The notes: generated by a model from the letters alone, not told the origin. A DNA stretch of 64,000 nt from a virus (IMGVR_UViG_3300020037_004820); one strand, 5' to 3'. Counted from the first letter of the stretch, positions 10,701 through 19,407 are shown. A program made the numbers and translations.

Positions 10701-11567
10701 TATATATCAGGAACAAGTTTATATATAACGAATTTAGTCGCTATAAATACAAATATAACAGCCTCTGTTCCTGATCCATTGAGCAGCTCTGTTCAACGTT
10801 CTCATAATTTATCAGCCTCTTATTTCCAATTCATATCAGGAAATGTTAGAACATTAACTGGAACAACCAGTATAACCAGTCCTAGAGGTGTATTTACAGA
10901 TTTAGTAGTAACAAATACAAATATAACAGCGACTATTCCTGATCCATTGAGCAGCTCTATACAAAGAGCACATCAGTTATCGGCCTCTTATTTCCAATTC
11001 ATATCAGGTAACGTTCGAACATTGACGGGAACAGGAATTGGCTCAACGCAAATATCTGGGACATATATTACTGCATCACAATTAGACATTAATTTAGTCA
11101 ATAATATATCTCCTCAAAAATTAATAGTGAAAAACACAGCTTTTAGTTCTTCAGCAAGTGGTACGCAATTTATTCCCGAATTGTCTCAATCTATAAATGC
11201 AAATGAAACTTGGGCAATCAAATTTATGATACATCAATTTTGTTCAGGTTCACAGGGAGCACGATACACTATTTTCGCGCCTACTGGTTCTTTCATAATG
11301 GGATGGACAACGGTGTACTCAAATTCTGATCTTGGATCAGTTGCAAGACATTACACTTTTTACGCGAATTCGTTAAATACAGAAATACCCTTTTCGGTCG
11401 GAAACAGTGCTGCTCAATTTGAATATGCACATCAAATTGAATTAACAATTCGAAATGGCGCAAATGCTGGTGATGTAAAGTTGGGAGTTAGAAGAATGAC
11501 TGCTGCTGATTTTCTACACGTTACAACAGGTTCTTACATTCACTCAATTAAGGGTGAAAAAAATTAA
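7791..11567 (+). CDS. Long repetitive fibre protein (probable triple beta-helix shaft with a C-terminal globular head)
   Basis: ATG at 7791 follows AAGGAG (7774-7779). 13 near-identical LSASY[FY][EQ]FISGNV[RK]TLTGT cores with 5-residue periodicity. About 150 non-repetitive beta-rich residues at the C-terminus. Confidence 0.8.
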   Translation: MAQNIPMASAIVAGLFSQEDKIKLDALPGSITGSAPDPLSSSIQRSHQLSASYFSMSSGSIDTLSATTVTIANLIVQNSNITASSVPDPLSSSVQRAHNLSASYFEFISGNVRTLTGTGLQTTWFSASSGTVHVETASYLTGTEFKARTGSFSIVNSHIMTGTNFTASSGSVHVLTASYLTGNTITIQDLVVINSNITASSVLLSASTVRAHNLSASYFEFISGNVRTLTGTTSVTSPRGVFTDLVVINTNITATIPDPLSSSVQRSHNLSASYFQFISGNVRTLTGTGISGSSGTYHVLTGAYLSGNTLTVQDLVVINSNITASSALLSSSIVRAHNLSASYFEFISGNVRTLTGTTSVTSPRGVFTDLVVTNTNITATIPDPLSSSVQRSHNLSASYYEFISGNVRTLTGTGISGSSGTFHVVTASYLSATSKIVAGNLDTWGAVSFNAPIQVYIGGGFTTDGYNSTMGGGSLSDVNDLSASNVSAFNLSASYFEFISGNVKTLTGTTSVTSPRGVFTDLVVINTNITATIPDPLSSSVQRSHNLSASYFEFISGNVRTLTGTGLQSTWVSASSGTYHVLTGAYLSGNTLTVQDLVVINSNITASSALLSASIIRSHNLSASYFQFISGNVRTLTGTGISGSSGTYHVLTGAYIVSTLLTGTGISGSSGTYHVLTGAYLTSTIAQIFNISASFAGIITASINNMSASAAVKAFNLSASYYEFISGNVRTLTGTGISGSSGTYHVLTGAYVTGTSGTYHQFSASYLSATRLTVTDLVAINTNITSTIPDPLSSSIQRSHNLSASYFEFISGNVRTLTGTGLQATWLSASSGTYHVLTSTYIKSSRIENDSLLITASNLILNSKGNITLQNSQNNIALIADNGKIQFGAWGTNNAIEVVTEDADIQISAPGRGVRIVATATIIPQLLTASTGQFNNLSASYYQFISGNVRTLTGTGISGSSGTYHVLTGAYISGTSLYITNLVAINTNITASVPDPLSSSVQRSHNLSASYFQFISGNVRTLTGTTSITSPRGVFTDLVVTNTNITATIPDPLSSSIQRAHQLSASYFQFISGNVRTLTGTGIGSTQISGTYITASQLDINLVNNISPQKLIVKNTAFSSSASGTQFIPELSQSINANETWAIKFMIHQFCSGSQGARYTIFAPTGSFIMGWTTVYSNSDLGSVARHYTFYANSLNTEIPFSVGNSAAQFEYAHQIELTIRNGANAGDVKLGVRRMTAADFLHVTTGSYIHSIKGEKN
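7896..11036 (+). repeat. Modular coding repeats within the fibre gene
   Basis: Recurring blocks PDPLSSS[VI]QR[SA]H, LSASYF[EQ]FISGNVRTLTGT, GISGSSGTYHVLTGAY and TSVTSPRGVFTDLVV. DNA copies differ mainly at synonymous sites. Confidence 0.9.
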
Positions 11568-11632
11568 CAATTTGAATGCAGATATAATCTGTCTATTAGT
11601 TAAACTAGAAATTAGTTAAAAGTATACGAATA

Positions 11633-11652
11633 TTTGTTCAATTTTGAACAAA
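11633..11652. promoter_or_regulatory. Palindromic operator or RNA hairpin before the glycan cluster
   Basis: TTTGTTCAA-TT-TTGAACAAA immediately upstream of the GGAG RBS of ORF 11665. Confidence 0.4.
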
Positions 11653-11664
11653 ATGGAGATATAA

Positions 11665-12438
11665 ATGAAGTCATTTAAGAAAGATTTTGATATTATATTA
11701 ACAAAACTACAGACTAGAGAAAATTTTGCGTTTATTCGATTTTCGGACGGTGAACTATTTGTATTACAGAATAAATCTTTGAGATTAGATGATACTGGAA
11801 CCTGGATAGATGATGTATTAGCTGGACCAACATATACAGCAGAAGATTATAAATTTTTTGATCCATCACAGCATCAAGAGTTTAGAAATAGACTAATGGA
11901 TTCTATGTTACATGTACAAAATAATTATTTTGTAGGAATAAGTTGTCCATGTTGCGTTTCGATGACTAATTATAAATGGATGAAAACATTAATGCAAAAT
12001 AGAGAATATACCTGGGCAAATCTTTTTGTTAATAGTAATTATCCAAAATTCATATCTGAATTTTTACCTGAATTAAAGAAAAGAAAAATTGTATTGATTT
12101 GTAATGAAAAAGCTATAATAAAAAACTCGGAACTAAATATAGTTAAAGATTTTAGAATTGGCAGAAACGCAATGATCGAAAATATAGATTTGCATTTAGA
12201 TATTTCTAAATGGATTGAAGAAAATCAAATAGAGAATCATGTATTCTGCTTCTCAGCATCGTCATTAACTAATATAACGGTCAATGAATTGTATAAAAAA
12301 CATTCTAATAATACATATTTGGATATAGGTACAACTTTGAATAGAAATTTTGGTTTTCCTCTAAATCGTGACTATCTTAGAGCTTATTGGAGTGAGAAAG
12401 ATCATCCTGATCTTCATAAAACTTGTATATTTATATGA
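11665..12438 (+). CDS. Putative GT-D-fold (DUF1792-like) glycosyltransferase
   Basis: FIRFSDGE motif near the N-terminus and YLDIG motif near the C-terminus, matching the GT-D pattern. Confidence 0.6.
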   Translation: MKSFKKDFDIILTKLQTRENFAFIRFSDGELFVLQNKSLRLDDTGTWIDDVLAGPTYTAEDYKFFDPSQHQEFRNRLMDSMLHVQNNYFVGISCPCCVSMTNYKWMKTLMQNREYTWANLFVNSNYPKFISEFLPELKKRKIVLICNEKAIIKNSELNIVKDFRIGRNAMIENIDLHLDISKWIEENQIENHVFCFSASSLTNITVNELYKKHSNNTYLDIGTTLNRNFGFPLNRDYLRAYWSEKDHPDLHKTCIFI

Positions 12439-13352
12439 TTGAAAAATTACAAGAAATTGCAAAGAATAATAAAGGTAAATTATTATCCGACAAATATGTT
12501 ACAAATAAGTCCAAGTATTTATGGGAATGTCAAAAAGGACATCAATGGTTAGCAACAGCGGGAAATGTGAAACAAGGTTCATGGTGTCCTATTTTTCCCT
12601 GTTTCAAAAAAGCAAAAAAAAATATTAATATATTAATTGACTTAGCTACTAAAAATAATGGTAAATGTTTATCAACTGAGTATTGTAATAGAAATACTAA
12701 ATATTTATGGGAATGTGAAAAAGGACATCAATGGAGATCAAATGTAAATCATATATTAAATGATGAAACATGGTGTCCAAAATGTATAAAACCAGGATGT
12801 ATACGAGACTTAGAATGGTTGTACAATTTAGCAAAAGAAAATAATGGTAAATGTTTGTCAACTGAATATAAAGGAAGAAATAGAAAATATTTATGGGAAT
12901 GTGAAAAAGGACATCAATGGTCGGCAACTTTACAAAATATAAGTAGAACAGCATGGTGCCCAAATTGTCGAGATTCCATTGGAGAAAGATTAATATCAAA
13001 AATATTAATTTTAATGGAGATTGATTTTATTAAAGAATATCCATTACAGAATTGTATATATAAACGGACACTTAGAGGAGATTTTTTTCTTCCTAAATAT
13101 AATACTTTAATTGAATTTGACGGCATTCAACATTTTAAACAGTCAAAAGGACGATGGAAAAAAGTGTCATTATCTGATAATCAAATTAGAGATAAAATAA
13201 AGAATAAATTTTGTAAAGAAAATAATATAAATTTGATTAGAATACCTTATACAGAATTAAAAAATATAGAAACTATACTTACAGAAGAATTTCAAAATGG
13301 ATTTACACGTACCCTTAATATGTCAGATATTTTGTTAAATTCATTAATTTGA
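12435..13352 (+). mobile_element. Free-standing endonuclease with three Zn-ribbon repeats and a DUF559/Vsr-like nuclease domain
   Basis: Three KYLWEC.KGHQW...WCP repeats and a C-terminal DFFLP...IEFDGIQH...DKIKNKFCKENNINLIRIPY. ATGA overlap at 12435. Flanked by two versions of the host gene 3' end. Confidence 0.8.
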
Positions 13353-13437
13353 CTTTGCATTAACTCGTGATTATCTAAGAGCATACTGGACCAATCAATA
13401 TCATCCTGATTTGGAAAAAACTTGCATATGGATCTAA
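13348..13437 (+). pseudogene. Orphaned original 3' end of the GT-D-like gene
   Basis: Translates to FDFALTRDYLRAYWTNQYHPDLEKTCIWI*, 20/29 identical to FGFPLNRDYLRAYWSEKDHPDLHKTCIFI* encoded at 12349-12438. Confidence 0.9.
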
Positions 13438-14066
13438 CTTTCGATATAAATACAGATTGTATAAAATGTAATCATGATTATATTACACAATGTACTTCCA
13501 ATGTAGAATTGATAGATTGTACAGAATTAGCGTGGGATTTTATATTACGATTACGAAATGAAAATTCCTCTAACTTTATAGATCAACATGAAATAACTAA
13601 AGAAGAACATTATGCTTTTATGGAAAAATATGGAAAGAATTATTTCATATTTTATAGAACATGTAACGGGTGCAAATGTGGGGCATGTTATTGTCCATCT
13701 GGTTTTATAGGAATTGTAAATAATGATATACGATTATGTACAGATTCAAGTTATAGACGAGAAGGTGTGGCTGTAGAAATGTTAGAGTTTGTTAGAGATC
13801 ATTTTCCTAATGCATATGGAAGAGTAAAAGCAAATAATATTGCAAGTCAAAAAGTTTTTGAAAAAGTTAATTATTGGTCATTTAAAACTGATGAATATTT
13901 CTTTTATTACGTTCCTGAAGATCTTAGAGAGGACGAACAAGTTTTGCGCTTTCTAAATAAGCATCTTATGAGATGTTTTTATTGTTCAAAAATTGTTCCA
14001 TCAAGTGATAATGAAGAAGGATTATCTGTTTGTAAAAATTGTATAACTATCCATGAGGAATTTTAA
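13428..14066 (+). CDS. GNAT-family N-acetyltransferase
   Basis: YRREGVA acetyl-CoA-binding loop and VKANNIASQKVFEK motif. C-terminal CxxC...CxxC. ATG at 13428 overlaps the orphan fragment. Confidence 0.75.
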   Translation: MDLTFDINTDCIKCNHDYITQCTSNVELIDCTELAWDFILRLRNENSSNFIDQHEITKEEHYAFMEKYGKNYFIFYRTCNGCKCGACYCPSGFIGIVNNDIRLCTDSSYRREGVAVEMLEFVRDHFPNAYGRVKANNIASQKVFEKVNYWSFKTDEYFFYYVPEDLREDEQVLRFLNKHLMRCFYCSKIVPSSDNEEGLSVCKNCITIHEEF

Positions 14067-14717
14067 ATGAGTTATAATCCATTTCAAGCAGTTGAAGAAT
14101 TTGAGAAAGCATTGGCTGAATATTGCGGCGCACCTTATTGTGTTGCAGTAGATTCATGTACAAATGCTTTCTTTTTAACCCTTAAGTTTTTTCAATTAGA
14201 AAATATGGATCTTGTTTTTCCTTTAAAAACGTATTTAAGTATGCCTATGATGGCTTTAGCAACAGGTAATAGAGTAATATTTGATGATTATGCATGGAAA
14301 GGAATATATCCTATAACTGTTTTTAAACGAATTGATTTATTGCTTATAGATTCTGCTAAACGTCTTAGCAGAAACGATTATTTTCCAAATTCTGTTATGT
14401 TTAAATCATTTCATATGAAAAAGCATATAACAAGTGTATCAGGTAAAGGTGGAGCAATTCTAACGGATAATAAAGCACTATATGATTGGTGTGTAAAGGC
14501 TCGTTGGGAAGGTCGAACACCTTACACTGATTATAAAGACCCTGCGCAGGATATAACAATTGTTGGATATAATATGAATATGACGCCAGAGGAAGCTACG
14601 TTTCTTCATCGTCAATTGCAGAAATGCCCAGACTATATGCCTGATTTAGATGAGCCAGGTGGTTATAGAAATTTAGATGAGTTTACAGTATTTAAAAACT
14701 GCAAGAGAATAAAATGA
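14067..14717 (+). CDS. DegT/DnrJ/EryC1/StrS-family sugar aminotransferase, short form
   Basis: VEEFEKALAEYCGAPYCVAVDSCTNA, IDSA, SFHMKKHI (PLP lysine), GKGGAILTDN and GYNMNM. Only 216 aa. Confidence 0.85.
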   Translation: MSYNPFQAVEEFEKALAEYCGAPYCVAVDSCTNAFFLTLKFFQLENMDLVFPLKTYLSMPMMALATGNRVIFDDYAWKGIYPITVFKRIDLLLIDSAKRLSRNDYFPNSVMFKSFHMKKHITSVSGKGGAILTDNKALYDWCVKARWEGRTPYTDYKDPAQDITIVGYNMNMTPEEATFLHRQLQKCPDYMPDLDEPGGYRNLDEFTVFKNCKRIK

Positions 14718-15379
14718 TAAACCCTGAAAATAGATATACAAATTTACAAAAAGGTCATTATAATGCGGGCACATCTGATCATTTAGAGCACAATGCTAAT
14801 TCAGATTATTGGAGCATATTATTGGAGCCTGTATATTCCTCAGATACTAAAGGAAAAATTGCTTTAGACTTTGGTTGCGGTAAAGGACGTAATATACAAA
14901 ATCTAAAGCAATTTGAATTTAAACGTGTAGATGGCGTAGATATTTCACATATGAATTATATTCATTGTGTGGATCGTTTTCCAGATTCCAAAATATATAA
15001 TAATAACGGCGTAGACCTGTCTGAAATAGAAGATTCAGTATATGATTTTGTAATGTCGACAATAGTTTTTCAACATATACCTGTGTGGGATATTCGTAAC
15101 CAATTATTAACAGAAATATATAGAGTTATGAAAGAAACAGGAATATTCTCATTTCAAATGGGATATGGATCGTCGATAGAACCTGGACATTCTTCTTATT
15201 TCGGTAATTTTTATGAGGCAAGCTCCACTAATGGAGGAGCAGATGTCCAAATTACTGACGAACAAGATTTAATAAATGATTTAAAATTTATAGGATTTAA
15301 AAACATAAAAACTGTTGTTTCCGAATCTTTTAGCGATAATAATCATACGCATTGGCTGTATATTAAGTGCGAAAAATAA
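14714..15379 (+). CDS. Class I SAM-dependent methyltransferase
   Basis: ALDFGCGKGR, GVDIS, YDFVMSTIVFQHI and EIYRVMKETG motifs. Confidence 0.9.
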   Translation: MINPENRYTNLQKGHYNAGTSDHLEHNANSDYWSILLEPVYSSDTKGKIALDFGCGKGRNIQNLKQFEFKRVDGVDISHMNYIHCVDRFPDSKIYNNNGVDLSEIEDSVYDFVMSTIVFQHIPVWDIRNQLLTEIYRVMKETGIFSFQMGYGSSIEPGHSSYFGNFYEASSTNGGADVQITDEQDLINDLKFIGFKNIKTVVSESFSDNNHTHWLYIKCEK

Positions 15380-15390
15380 GGAGAATTAAA

Positions 15391-15978
15391 ATGATACTAA
15401 ATATATTTTTAGATTTTGATGGTGTTGTCCATCCAATGAAAGAAGAATTTCATCAAGCTATGCAAAAAATGGAAGAATATGATCTTGCTCGATATGGCGA
15501 TAGATATTTTCAAGAGTATCCTAATAATTTTAGAGAGTTGGGCGGCAAAAAAATATTTTGGCTACCCTATTACTTTGGATATGCTAACAGAATTGGTCAA
15601 ATATTAGAAAAATTTGAAAACAGATTTAATGAAATAAGATTATGGGTTCACTCAAACTGGAGAGGTTTGGGAGACGAAATAATTGGACAAATATTAGAAG
15701 GAACAACTCTTCATAAATATTATAAAGGAATATTACCTTTACAATATGCAAGTCAAAGTAGATTCATCAATATTTTAGGATTTATGGAAGATTATTGTCC
15801 TCCAGATGAAAATCATACATGGATAGCATTAGATGATTTAGACGATCTATTTCATCATGTACCTGAACATTTTGTGAAATGTGAATCTGAAATAGGTTTC
15901 ACTAAGAAATGCGAAAATCAATTAATCAGATTATTATCTGTTAGAAGCAATTTATTGCTTGCAAAGAGTTTATCATAA
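15391..15978 (+). CDS. HAD-superfamily phosphatase (Swiss-Army-knife RNA-repair-like HAD domain)
   Basis: IFLDFDGVV, HSNWR and WIALDD motifs. AGGAG RBS before the ATG at 15391. Confidence 0.75.
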   Translation: MILNIFLDFDGVVHPMKEEFHQAMQKMEEYDLARYGDRYFQEYPNNFRELGGKKIFWLPYYFGYANRIGQILEKFENRFNEIRLWVHSNWRGLGDEIIGQILEGTTLHKYYKGILPLQYASQSRFINILGFMEDYCPPDENHTWIALDDLDDLFHHVPEHFVKCESEIGFTKKCENQLIRLLSVRSNLLLAKSLS

Positions 15979-16823
15979 TGAAAATAGCTTTAGCATTACA
16001 TGGATATTTTAATAATAAAGCAGATCCAGAATCTGGAGATAATGGATTTAAATATCTATGCGATATTCTATTAAATAAATACGACGTAGATGTATTTGTA
16101 CACTCTTGGGATGTTGCTCAAAAAGAGTATATAAATGCTCTATATGAGCCTAAATACTCTATTATAGAGGAACAAGCTTCCTTTAAAGAGGCAATGAAAG
16201 CTCATAATGTTTCTCAAGAATATTTTGATGAAGGATTTGATAGAGATAATAGTCCTTATGCAGCTTGTAAAATAGAATCTACATTATCTTTTCTAGCTTC
16301 TAGAAAGAAATCATTAGATTTAGTATTTGAATATGAAGAAAAAACTAATTCATCCTATGATGTTGTTATATCTGCTAGATTTGATCTTGGACAACGTGAT
16401 AAATTTGGTAAATGGAAATATTATGTTTCCCAAATGAATTTTGAACCATTGTTGGATATGAATTTTCTATATTCGGCAATGTGGGATCAATTGAATGCAG
16501 GCTATGCTGATCAATGGTTCTATTCCAATTCAAATAATATGAAATTAGTATCTATGGCATTTGATGCTGCTTTATATGAATACTTTGTACCTAATAGTAA
16601 ATATGAAAAAGCTGTTACACAAGGTTGGCCAGATTCTTTACAATATGACGGAGGATTTTATGATCCTGCACAGTTTTCCAATGAAAAATTGAAAGTATAT
16701 AGAGATGCTAGAAATCCCGTTTCGGAGATGAAATATCCTAAATGGCAATGTGTGAACAATCATATTCTCTACAAATGGCATATGATCACATATGATTTGT
16801 ATGAAAAATCGAGGTTTGTATAA
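15978..16823 (+). CDS. Putative glycosyltransferase (WavE-related type)
   Basis: MKIALALHG, VDVFVHSWD, YDVVISARFD and ADQWFYS, a pattern typical of polysaccharide-locus proteins. Confidence 0.55.
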   Translation: MKIALALHGYFNNKADPESGDNGFKYLCDILLNKYDVDVFVHSWDVAQKEYINALYEPKYSIIEEQASFKEAMKAHNVSQEYFDEGFDRDNSPYAACKIESTLSFLASRKKSLDLVFEYEEKTNSSYDVVISARFDLGQRDKFGKWKYYVSQMNFEPLLDMNFLYSAMWDQLNAGYADQWFYSNSNNMKLVSMAFDAALYEYFVPNSKYEKAVTQGWPDSLQYDGGFYDPAQFSNEKLKVYRDARNPVSEMKYPKWQCVNNHILYKWHMITYDLYEKSRFV

Positions 16824-16827
16824 TACA

Positions 16828-17658
16828 ATGAGTTACGGTAATATATATGTAGTAATACAGGGGCCATATTCTTTACACATCCAAGATATGTTGTCACAGC
16901 TTAAAGATCTATCTAATATTAGATATTGTGTTTCCACATATAAAAATATATATAAGAAAAAAATAGAAGATTTAAATGTAATATATTCTGATCCTTTAAT
17001 ATTGCCTAACAACAAATTTATAAATAACATTAAGCAATATAAAGGTGAAGGAATATATTGTCAACAAATATATTCCACTTTTATAGGTCTTTACACACTT
17101 AAGCAAAAATATGATATACAAGAAAATGATATTGTTATAAAATGTAGAACTGATGAATATTTTAATTTAGAAAAATTTTTGTCTTTTATTAAAAATGATA
17201 AAGTGTTATATAATGTAGATTGGGTTTATGATGAAAATTCAATGTCTGATCATTTATTTTGTTGTAATTTTAACCTTATGTACAAATCATATTGTGATAT
17301 GATTAATATATTAATCACAGCAGCAGAAGATACTGAAAATGTTTTTAATCCTTTACAAAAAATAGAAACGGTTATATGGAGATATTTATCTAAATATAAA
17401 AATAACTTAAAAAAAGTTCCTATAAATATAAATAATCTTTTCCCTTGTAAATTTGTGAGAAATAATGCAGGTATAGTTTGTATTCTTAATGATAAAGGAA
17501 AAGATATATCTATAAATCATTTAGAAATAATTTCTTCTTCAAATTCTCAAAAAGAGAAAGTAAAAAATTTAGAAGTATATAACAAATTTTTTGATACTAG
17601 AAAAGTAGTTCAACCTTTCTCAGAAGAAAATATGCTTAAAACTTATGGAGACAATTAG
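16828..17658 (+). CDS. WavE-like lipopolysaccharide synthesis protein/putative glycosyltransferase
   Basis: VVIQGP, VSTY, VIKCRTDE and SDHLF motifs. Extremely AT-rich. Confidence 0.55.
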   Translation: MSYGNIYVVIQGPYSLHIQDMLSQLKDLSNIRYCVSTYKNIYKKKIEDLNVIYSDPLILPNNKFINNIKQYKGEGIYCQQIYSTFIGLYTLKQKYDIQENDIVIKCRTDEYFNLEKFLSFIKNDKVLYNVDWVYDENSMSDHLFCCNFNLMYKSYCDMINILITAAEDTENVFNPLQKIETVIWRYLSKYKNNLKKVPININNLFPCKFVRNNAGIVCILNDKGKDISINHLEIISSSNSQKEKVKNLEVYNKFFDTRKVVQPFSEENMLKTYGDN

Positions 17659-17712
17659 AATTTATATGAAAATTTATAAGAAGATATTAGTGTAAAGTAA
17701 TTAAGGAGTAAT

Positions 17713-18417
17713 ATGACGAATGATTTAGCTTTTATTTTATATTCACATTCAAGTTTAGAATGGATCTTGCCTGCATTTACTGGACAAGCTTTTGAACATT
17801 TTCCTATTAATTGTCCAAAATATTTATTTTATGACAAATATTTAGACATAGCAGAATATGATTGTAAACAATATTCTAATGAGGATAAATACTCTAAACG
17901 ACTTCTAACCTGTTTAGAAAATATTCAAGAACCATTTGTTCTAATTCATCACGAAGATATGATCTTCTATGACGACGTGGACACGGATCAGTTCTCCTAT
18001 TATCTAGAAATCATGAAAACGAGCGATTTTAGCTATATTAAATTATTGAAAGGAGGATTGTCTCAACAACAGCCTCAACAATATATGGAAGGTGTATTTA
18101 AGTTACAAGATGATGAACCTTATAGATATGCAGTGCAACCTGCTATTTGGAGAAAATCTGATTTAATAAAAATCTTGAAACATTTTGATAATAAATCAAT
18201 ATATGAATTAGAAGAGGGTGGCGTATCTAAGTACATGTTTGAAAATAACTTTAAGTGCTTATTTGCATATAACCAAGGGGATAGTAAAAGAGGAATGTAT
18301 CATTGGGACAATTCTAAATATCCATTCATTGCGACTGCTCTGAATAAAGGTGAATGGAATATGGTTGAATATGAAATTGAAATAGAAAATCTTAGATCGG
18401 AATATGCATTGGTATAA
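17713..18417 (+). CDS. Putative GT-A-like glycosyltransferase
   Basis: YSKRLLTCLENI...VLIHHEDMIF...QPAIWRK...YELE pattern, as in EPS-locus proteins. Cluster context. Confidence 0.5.
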   Translation: MTNDLAFILYSHSSLEWILPAFTGQAFEHFPINCPKYLFYDKYLDIAEYDCKQYSNEDKYSKRLLTCLENIQEPFVLIHHEDMIFYDDVDTDQFSYYLEIMKTSDFSYIKLLKGGLSQQQPQQYMEGVFKLQDDEPYRYAVQPAIWRKSDLIKILKHFDNKSIYELEEGGVSKYMFENNFKCLFAYNQGDSKRGMYHWDNSKYPFIATALNKGEWNMVEYEIEIENLRSEYALV

Positions 18418-18430
18418 AAGGTAGGTTTAA

Positions 18431-19381
18431 ATGAATATTGCAGTTGTAACAGGTGTAGCGGGCTTTATTGGATATCATATGGCCAAATTGTTGGTTCAAA
18501 ACAATTGGTTTGTATATGGTATAGATAAAAAAGCATTAGATTATGATCGTAAAGACCTTTATAATTCAAATGGAAATTTCAAATTTATTCAAGAAGATAT
18601 TTGTAATCTAAAGAAGCTACCGGACTGCGATTATGTATTCAATTTCGCCGCAGAGACACACGTACATAATTCTATTATAGATAGCGAGCAGTTCATACAC
18701 TCTAACGTGGATGGAGTGCGCAATTTGTTAGAAATTATCAGAAAGCAAGCTGATAATGTGGTTAAAAAACCTATATTTTTTCATATATCAACAGATGAAG
18801 TATATGGCGATCAAATTGATTGGTTAGCATGTGAGGAAGATAAGTTAAATCCATCTTCCCCTTATTCAGCGTCAAAAGCTGCTGCTGATATGCTTATTTT
18901 AGCATGGGCAAGAACTTATGGATTAGAATATGTTATTTTACGTCCATCAAACAATTATGGAACTCATCAACATCCTGAAAAATTTATACCTTTATCTATA
19001 AAATTAGCAATTTGGGACAAGAAGATCAGGTTGCATAATCGCGGAACACCCAAACGAACATGGCTTCATGTTCAAGATACCTGTTCAGCAATACTAAAGT
19101 TAGTAGAAAAGAATGCTAGAGGTATATATAATGTTTCTGGAAATGTTGAACAAACTAATATTACAACTGCTACTCAAATATTGAAATATTTAAATTATAC
19201 AGTAGATGAAGACACTTTTGATCTAGGATATATAAGACCTGGGCAAGATATGAGATATAATATAGATGTAACTAAACTAAAAGATTTGGGATGGAAACAT
19301 TTAAAGAATTTTGAAGAAGAGTTGCCTAAGATTATAGAATGGTATATTGAATATCCTCAAGGAAGATTGTTTAATGAATAA
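18431..19381 (+). CDS. rmlB: dTDP/NDP-glucose 4,6-dehydratase
   Basis: VTGVAGFIG, FAAETHV, HISTDEVYG, PYSASKAA, SNNYG..QHPEKFIP, R.WLHV.D and RPGQDMRY motifs. Confidence 0.92.
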   Translation: MNIAVVTGVAGFIGYHMAKLLVQNNWFVYGIDKKALDYDRKDLYNSNGNFKFIQEDICNLKKLPDCDYVFNFAAETHVHNSIIDSEQFIHSNVDGVRNLLEIIRKQADNVVKKPIFFHISTDEVYGDQIDWLACEEDKLNPSSPYSASKAAADMLILAWARTYGLEYVILRPSNNYGTHQHPEKFIPLSIKLAIWDKKIRLHNRGTPKRTWLHVQDTCSAILKLVEKNARGIYNVSGNVEQTNITTATQILKYLNYTVDEDTFDLGYIRPGQDMRYNIDVTKLKDLGWKHLKNFEEELPKIIEWYIEYPQGRLFNE

Positions 19382-19407
19382 AACAATACACTATTCAAAA
19401 GTTATCA

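Noticed and set aside
7896-11036. CRISPR array or diversity-generating retroelement in the repeat region
   Set aside because: The repeats are in-frame coding units varying at synonymous sites. There are no constant repeats with unique spacers, no adenine-specific TR/VR pair and no reverse transcriptase in the window.
15391-15978. RNA-repair (anti-defence) system suggested by the Swiss-Army-knife-type HAD domain
   Set aside because: No RNA ligase or polynucleotide kinase is nearby, and standalone copies of this domain are common in phages.
16795-17672. 13-nt near-direct repeat (ATTTGTATGAAAA / ATTTATATGAAAA) flanking the WavE-like gene as a target duplication
   Set aside because: Too short and AT-rich to distinguish from chance.
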